This document shows positions 50,773 to 64,000 of a DNA stretch of 64,000 nt, one piece after another. Numbering within the stretch: the stretch's first letter is position 1; each line of letters opens with the position of its first letter. The stretch lies in assembly GCF_009914755.1 (NCBI RefSeq), contig NC_060935.1, one strand, 5' to 3'. Under the pieces are notes generated by a model. It was given only the letters and a program-made list of their open reading frames with translations, searched no databases and had not been told where the DNA came from. Source of the DNA: the human T2T-CHM13v2.0 reference genome, Homo sapiens. The position numbers and the translations under genes are program-made.

Positions 50773-52649
50773 ATGTTGTTGGGACTGGCGGCCATGGAGC
50801 TGAAGGTGTGGGTGGATGGCATCCAGCGTGTGGTCTGTGGGGTCTCAGAGCAGACCACCTGCCAGGAAGTGGTCATCGCACTAGCCCAAGCAATAGGTGA
50901 GTCCTCTCGGGGTCAGGCAGGCCGGGCAGGTAGAGCTGAAGTGGGACCTGGTGGTCCAGCTCCATGGTCTCCCCCAAGGAGAGTGGGGCTGGTTGCTGAT
51001 CCTTTTTGTTCTTCCCAACTCTTCAAGCCAGGTGGACAGAGAGTCGGGGGGACATAGGCTGACCTTCTCCTCTTCTTCCCAGGCCAGACTGGCCGCTTTG
51101 TGCTTGTGCAGCGGCTTCGGGAGAAGGAGCGGCAGTTGCTGCCACAAGAGTGTCCAGTGGGCGCCCAGGCCACCTGCGGACAGTTTGCCAGCGATGTCCA
51201 GTTTGTCCTGAGGCGCACAGGGCCCAGCCTAGCTGGGAGGCCCTCCTCAGACAGCTGTCCACCCCCGGAACGCTGCCTAATTCGTGCCAGCCTCCCTGTA
51301 AAGCCACGGGCTGCGCTGGGCTGTGAGCCCCGCAAAACACTGACCCCCGAGCCAGCCCCCAGCCTCTCACGCCCTGGGCCTGCGGCCCCTGTGACACCCA
51401 CACCAGGCTGCTGCACAGACCTGCGGGGCCTGGAGCTCAGAGTGCAGAGGAATGCTGAGGAGCTGGGCCATGAGGCCTTCTGGGAGCAAGAGCTGCGCCG
51501 GGAGCAGGCCCGGGAGCGAGAGGGACAGGCACGCCTGCAGGCACTAAGTGCGGCCACTGCTGAGCATGCCGCCCGGCTGCAGGCCCTGGACGCTCAGGCC
51601 CGTGCCCTGGAGGCTGAGCTGCAGCTGGCAGCGGAGGCCCCTGGGCCCCCCTCACCTATGGCATCTGCCACTGAGCGCCTGCACCAGGACCTGGCTGTTC
51701 AGGAGCGGCAGAGTGCGGAGGTGCAGGGCAGCCTGGCTCTGGTGAGCCGGGCCCTGGAGGCAGCAGAGCGAGCCTTGCAGGTGAGCCCGGGGACCTGATC
51801 CCCTGTCACTCCCCCACCCCTGATATGGGCAGATACGGGGATCACAGGGTCCCACTCGGGAGGCAGGTGAGCCCGGGGACCTGATCCCCTGTCACTCCCC
51901 CACCCCTGACGTGGGCAGATATGGGGGTCACAGGGTCTGACTCGGGAGGCAGGTGAGCCCGCGGACCTGATCCCCTGTCACTCCCCCACCCCTGACGTGG
52001 GCAGATACGGGGGTCACAGGGTCCCACTCGGGAGGCAGGTGAGCCCGGGGACCTGATCCCCTGTCACTCCCCAACCCCTGACGTGGGCAGATATGGGGGT
52101 CACAGGGCCCGACCAGGGAAAGTGCTCCCTCCGGAGCACAAGGGCTGTGGAGCCCAGTGGCTGTGCCTCCTAAGGATCTCATGTGTCCCCAGGCTCAGGC
52201 TCAGGAGCTGGAGGAGCTGAACCGAGAGCTCCGTCAGTGCAACCTGCAGCAGTTCATCCAGCAGACCGGGGCTGCGCTGCCACCGCCCCCACGGCCTGAC
52301 AGGGGCCCTCCTGGCACTCAGGTCGGAGTGGTTCTGGGGGGAGGCTGGGAGGTGAGGACCTGGCCCAGCCCCACTCCAAGCTGACTTCCCAACCCACAGG
52401 GCCCTCTGCCTCCAGCCAGAGAGGAGTCCCTCCTGGGCGCTCCCTCTGAGTCCCATGCTGGTGCCCAGCCTAGGCCCCGAGGGTATGTCTGTGCCCCACC
52501 TCCCCCTGGGGCACCGGGCCCTCCTGTGGCTGCAGCCACCTCAGCCTGTGTCCTCCCGCAGTGGCCCCCATGACGCAGAACTCCTGGAGGTAGCAGCAGC
52601 TCCTGCCCCAGAGTGGTGTCCTCTGGCAGCCCAGCCCCAGGCTCTGTGA
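50773..52649 (+). CDS. RASSF7: Ras association domain-containing protein 7 (HRC1), 373 aa
   Basis: join(50773..50896,51083..51780,52193..52321,52400..52482,52562..52649) = 1122 nt. N-terminal RA domain [31 protein letters not shown], then a coiled coil. Retention of intron 52322-52399 gives a shorter isoform ending WPSPTPS*. AATAAA at 53006-53011. Confidence 0.97.
51778..52110. repeat. 86-bp minisatellite, about 4 copies, each beginning with the RASSF7 exon donor
   Basis: caggtgagccc starts at 51778, 51864, 51950 and 52036. Confidence 0.93.
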
Positions 52650-53559
52650 CAGCCTAGTGAGGGCTGCAAGACCATCCTGCCCGGACCACAGAAGGAGAGT
52701 TGGCGGTCACAGAGGGCTCCTCTGCCAGGCAGTGGGAAGCCCTGGGTTTGGCCTCAGGAGCTGGGGGTGCAGTGGGGGACTGCCCTAGTCCTTGCCAGGT
52801 CGCCAGCACCCTGGAGAAGCATGGGGCGTAGCCAGCTCGGAACTTGCCAGGCCCCAAAGGCCACGACTGCCTGTTGGGGACAGGAGATGCATGGACAGTG
52901 TGCTCAAGCTGTGGGCATGTGCTTGCCTGCGGGAGAGGTCCTTCACTGTGTGTACACAGCAAGAGCATGTGTGTGCCACTTCCCCTACCCCAACGTGAAA
53001 ACCTCAATAAACTGCCCGAAGCAGCTTGAGTGTGTGTGGAGGCTGCGCTGGGCAGGGTCTGAGGTCTTGAACTTGAGCCTCCATGGGGTGCCACTGAGCA
53101 GTACCCTGACACACCTGGGGCTCACCACAGCTGGAGTATCTGAGAATAGGATCCCTCAGGGTGCTCAGTAGGGCCCAGGGCTGGGGCTTCCTGAGCTCCA
53201 CATTCCATCTGCTCTGCCTCACCTAACCCCAGGGGCTCTCCTGTGAGGGCCCCAGCCTGGTGGGCCTGCTGGTTCAGCCTGGCCTGACTGTCCCAGGCAT
53301 TTGTCTGGACCCCCTCCCACCTGACTCTCTGTCATGTTGCCTGTGCCCCGCCAGCAGCGGGAACTGAGGACGTCAGGACAAGCTAGACCCGCCCGTCAGG
53401 TTTACTGAGAACTTGTGGGGGTGGATCCCACACTCAGGTCAGCCAGTCCCAGGCTGCTTCACCACCCCAGGGAGGGTATGGGTACCAGTGGGCAGGGGCT
53501 GCCTCCTCTTCTCCAGGTGGGTGTGAAATGTCTGCTCTGAGCTTGCAGCTTTGAAATCA

Positions 53560-54071
<512 letters not shown>

Positions 54072-54226
54072 TCACCTCTCCTGGTTCTAAGGGTAAGCCA
54101 TACACTCCCAGCTCCAGGATCCATGGTTGGGGTTGGAGAAATCTTTTGTGTTGAGCAGAATGTGGAGGACCCCTATACCTGGGTACAGCCATGCATGGGA
54201 AGGCAGAGGATGGGGATGCCCTAGGT

Positions 54227-57454
<3,228 letters not shown>

Positions 57455-57455
<1 letters not shown>

Positions 57456-58060
57456 GCTCCACGCCCAGCCCCGTATGCAAATGACCTGGTCCCTCAGCCA
57501 ATGGCCGGCCTAGCCGGGCCCGCCCTACCGCAACGCAGCCAGTGGGCGCGAGGGGGGTTCGCGACGCCCCGCCCACCGCCGCGCGGCCCTTCGCGGGCGA
57601 GGCCGGCGCGTTCTTTTCTGCACGTCTGCCCGGGGAGGGGCGGCACCTGCCGGGCGGGGCCTGCGGGGCGCCAGCTGCGAGGGCGCGGCGGGGCCAGGGC
57701 GCGTCCCCCGGCCGGGCGGATGGTACGGCCCGAGGTGGTCCTCCTCCCGCCGCGCGGTGGTATGGCCCGGGCTCGCGGGGCTTCCGGGCTGGGCGTGGGG
57801 CGCAGCCTGGCGACGGGTCCTCCGCCCGCGGGTGTGCGTGGGGCGGCAGGGCCGGCCGGGAGCTGCCCCTCTTCCCGCGGCGCGGTGGTACGACCCGGCC
57901 GCCTCCGTGCCCCGCACCCGCGTCCCGCGGGCCCGCCCCCCCGAACCCGCTGGGCGCCCGGCGCACGTATCCCGGGCCGTGACCCGGGTGGGGCCTGCGC
58001 GGGCCCGGACACGGCGTCCTCGGGACGCACGCACCACCCCCCGGGCGGCTTGGGGTCCCC
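57455..58060 (-). promoter_or_regulatory. MIR210HG CpG-island promoter with hypoxia response elements
   Basis: RCGTG cores on the - strand: GACGTG at 57621-57626 (about 425 bp upstream of the hairpin) and TACGTG at 57964-57969. miR-210 is an established HIF-1 target. Confidence 0.8.
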
Positions 58061-59087
58061 AAAGGACGCCCGGGTCCGTCCTGCTGGCGAAGAGGGGGCT
58101 CTGGCTCTGCCTGGTTTGCCTGGCGACCCCCACGGGGCGCCCTTGGGGGCTCTGGGTCCCTCCTGCGCGCTCTGTCTCCGCGGAAGCCTCTGGAGCCTGG
58201 AGGGGGTGCCTCAAGGGCTCAGGGGTCCTCGCAGCCCTGTGCCGGTCTTTGAGGGGACGAGGCGAGAGAATCCTGTCTGTGCGCTGAAAACGTGTAAAAT
58301 CAAAGGAGCCTTGACGGTTTGACCTTCGTTAGGACTCGCAGGGCCAGCTTCAGACGTGGAAGTATCGGACTCCGGGGTGGGGCTCCAAAGTGGCAGCCAA
58401 AGGAGATTTGGCCGCCGGCCCCCCTTGGCACTGTCACCCTGGTCCTCGGCCCCGGGCCGTCTCCCCTCAGCTCCCTGGCCCTAAACTCACCGCCCTGCTC
58501 TTTGTCCTCCCCTGGCCCCATGACCTCCCTGCCTCGGCATCCGCGCAGGCCTGGGCCGCAGCCTGCCCCCTGCCCCAGCCCCGGCGGCGAAGTGCTGGGG
58601 CCCCAGGGAGCTTCCGAACCAGCCCATGTCCTCAGGGGCTTGAAGGCTGGGGACAAAAATTCAGATGCAGAGTCTGGGGTGACTCAGACATGATCAGCAA
58701 GACATGACCGAGGTCTTGCTGACCCCTTGACCCTTGGCCCCCGATAGAACCGAGTGGCTCCTTGCACCTGTGGCTGCCTGTGGATGGGGAAGGTGCCCAG
58801 AGGATCACGGAGCCACTCGGTTCTATTGGGGGTCAGGGGTCAGCAAGACCTCGATCCTGTGGGTCGTGAAGGAGCCTCTAAGAGTCAGTGGGGTCCCTGA
58901 GAAGGCCCACGTCTTCATGGCAGGGCAGAGGCTCCTAGGGCAGTCAGACTAGGGGACAAGAAGGGGCAAGAGGACAGGGCAGCTCTGTGTTCCTGTCGTG
59001 CCCTGCCGACGTGAACCCACTTCTGCCCCCAGTCCTGCCAATTTCACAGGCACCTTTTCTCAGCATCTGTAGTGAGTGGGATGGTCC

Positions 59088-60422
<1,335 letters not shown>

Positions 60423-61284
60423 CTAGGTAGAGAATGCAGCCCTGCCTGTTCCCTCCCCCAGCTCTGAGAGTTTTGACTCCTTTGTTCTCTCCCCACCCAC
60501 CTCCTCCAGCCACCCCTGCCCCTGCCTCCCCCAGGCATCCACCTGGCTCTGGGGCTCCCTGCTGCTGGGGGTGGGATGGGTCTCAGCAGGGGGCGATGAC
60601 TGGGCTCATTGCCCACCAAGCCCTGTATGTGCACACAGACCTGATGGTGGGGTGGGGGGCAGGGGTGGGAAGGGGCTGGGCTGGGCCCTCCGGGATAAGC
60701 TGGCCTGGCGGGACAGAAGCAAGGGAGCTCCCAGCCCAGCTCCATCCTCCCGTGCACACCAGGAGCATGCACACCATGCTTGCGTCTGCAAGGGGCAGGG
60801 GCAGCACACGGCAGTGTCGACCAGGAATCTGGCCGGAGCCTCAGAGTACAGGTCTGTGTGAGGCTGTGTGGGCAGGATGCACATGTGTGCACACTGACAC
60901 TAGCAGGTGATGGGGGTTGGGGGGTGACCCGTCAGTGTACGGGGGAGGTGACAGTACTGATGAGGGGGCTGTATACAGGAGGTGTTTGCCTGCTGGTGTG
61001 TGAGGCATCTATCCACGTGCGAGCAGGTAAGGAGTCATTTTATGTCAGGTGTGTGGGTAGCGGTGGGGGTGGGAGTCAGGAGGTATTGGTATGTGCCCCT
61101 GCTCTCGTGCTCTCAAGTACCACCTATGCATAGTTTGGGCCTAGTTTGGCTCTGGGCAGCTGCCTGGAGATACTTCTCACACCTGAGCCTGAGTGCTGTC
61201 TGACATACCTGGGTTGGTTGTGCACTGACCAAGGATTATGCTCACTGAGGACGTCCTTCATGTCTCCATGTGGATGTCTGTGTT

Positions 61285-62170
<886 letters not shown>

Positions 62171-62665
62171 GGGTGCATGTGTTTATTATGACAATTACCA
62201 GCAGCCCCCCAGGCATCCCGTCCTCCTTCCCAGGAGCCTCGGCGTGTCTGTGGATGCCCCTGCATCTAGTGTCCAGCAGGCAGGCACGTGGCACATGTAA
62301 AGGTAGGGGAGGTGCCTGGTGCAGGGCAGAGGGCGGTCCCGCAGCCCGCTGGCTGATCACACTGGACCCCACCTGAGGCGTACCTATCTCGTCCTCACAG
62401 TGACCTAAGAGGTAGGCCTGAGCACCCACATTCCTGTTTCACAGCCAAGGACACAGAGGCACACAGAGGTTGAGAAACAGACTGAAGTGCGTGAGTTCAG
62501 GTGGCTGGCCTGGGTGACTGCAGTGACACCCAGCCCCTCTGGCCCACCGAGAGTAGATTGCTCCAGAGTCCTCCTCAGTCGTCGGCACCATCCACTCCTC
62601 CTTCCTGCAGGGGCATTTTCAGAACCCATAAGTGCCTGTTATTTCTCCCATTGCAAACAGAAAAC

Positions 62666-63602
62666 TGTGGGCGAAAGATTACCTAGGTGCCGAAGCAAGA
62701 GACTGAAGGCACAAACTGTTTCAGTATAATAAAGAAAATAGAATAAGAATAGTCCTAATACGAATTAGATACAGAGATGATCATGGAAAATTATCAATCA
62801 TTATTATAAATATTAGTCATTAGCTTTTAATATTACTCTTTGTGGCATTACTAATACAACCTAGGAATAACCGGCGGGTATAGGGTCAGGTGCTGAAGGG
62901 ACGTTGTGAGAAGTGACCTAGAAGGCAAGAGGTGAGCCCTCTGTCACGCCAACATAAGGGCCGCTTGAGGGCTCCTTGGTCAAGCGGTAACGCCAGTGCC
63001 TGGGAAGGCACCCGTTACTTAGCCGACCGTGAAAGGGAGTCTCCTTTCCTTGGAGGAGTCAGGGAACACTCTGCTCCACCAGCTTCTTGTGGGAGGCTGG
63101 ATATTCTCCAGGCCTGGCCCGCAGTCATCCGGAGGCCTAACCCCCTCCCTGTGGTGCTTGAATGATCACACTCCTTATCCACTTTCATGCTCCTCCTGTA
63201 CTCCTGGCTCCTCTTTGAAGTTCGTAGTAGATAGCGGTAGAAGAAATAGTGAAAGTCTTAAAGTCTTTGATCGTTCTTCTAAGTGCAGAGAAGAAAATGC
63301 TGACATATGCTGCCTTCTCTCTTTGCTTCGGCTGCCTAAGAGGGAAGGGCCCCCTGTCCTATGATCACGTGACTTGCTTCACTTTATCACTTAGAAGATT
63401 CACCCTCCTTACCCTGCCCCCTTGTCTTGTATGCAATAAATATCAGCGCACCTAGGCGCTCAGGGCCACTACCGGTCTCCACGTCTTGATGGTAGTGGTC
63501 CCCCGGGGCCCAGCTGCTCTTTATCTCGTGTCTTTATTACAATCTCTGGTCTCTGCACACGGGGAGGACACCTGCTAAGCCCCCGTAGGGCTGGACCCTA
63601 CA
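62666..63602 (+). mobile_element. Solo LTR13 (ERVK/HML family)
   Basis: TG...CA termini (tgtgggcgaaagattacctaggtgccg ... gggctggaccctaca), a perfect 6-bp TSD gaaaac on both sides (62660-62665 and 63603-63608), and AATAAA at 63435. Confidence 0.9.
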
Positions 63603-64000
63603 GAAAACCACACCCCTCTCTTGCCCTGCTCCTTAGTTACCTCCACCTTTACCTTCCCCTTTGCAGCAAATTGACCTGAAAGAGAAGTTGGTGTTCACAG
63701 CCCCTGCGTGCTCTCTGCTCACTCTCCAAACTCCAGCCCCTGGCCCCAGCGCCGCTGGCCCTCGGTGAGTCGCAGTGGCCCACCCTGCTGCACCCAGGCT
63801 CCCTCCCCCGCCTGTGTGTGCACGCCCTCTCTGGCTTCCAGAAGCCCCTCTCCTGGTTTGTCCTCCGGCCCCCACCCCTAGCACCCCCGTGCCCCTTCCT
63901 AGTCTCCTTTGCAGATTCCAAACCTCTTCAAGTTGGAGTCCCAGAGTTCAGGCACTGGTCCCCAGTCACACCCCACATGCGATTCCCACATAGTTCTCTT

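Overview
Human chromosome 11p15.5, the HRAS locus, recognised from the encoded proteins and the miR-210 hairpin. From left to right: an Alu/L1/Tigger1/SVA-rich block; an orphan CpG island (about 6.4-7.0 kb) followed by a 56 x 33-bp minisatellite; the HRAS1 28-bp VNTR (about 46 units); HRAS (-, 189 aa, wild-type codons 12/13/61, alternative IDX exon); LRRC56 (+, 542 aa); LMNTD2 (-, 634 aa); RASSF7 (+, 373 aa); MIR210HG/MIR210 (-); an MLT1 LTR and a solo LTR13. I rebuilt all four CDSs exon by exon from GT-AG boundaries, and each gives an intact reading frame. Most entries in the ORF track are Alu, GC-rich or tandem-repeat artefacts. The most unusual unexplained structure is the 33-bp array. Every unit carries a consensus 5' splice site/E-box on the + strand and AATAAA on the - strand, and it stays in one open frame. 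Other candidates: a donor-duplicating 86-bp VNTR in RASSF7, a spliced overlapping uORF in HRAS, an ATG-TGA start-stop abutting the LRRC56 ATG, a perfect ChoRE, an AP-1/ARE-carrying intronic VNTR and RFX/FOX motifs. All functional interpretations are hypotheses; no databases were searched, and comparisons with reference sequences are from memory.
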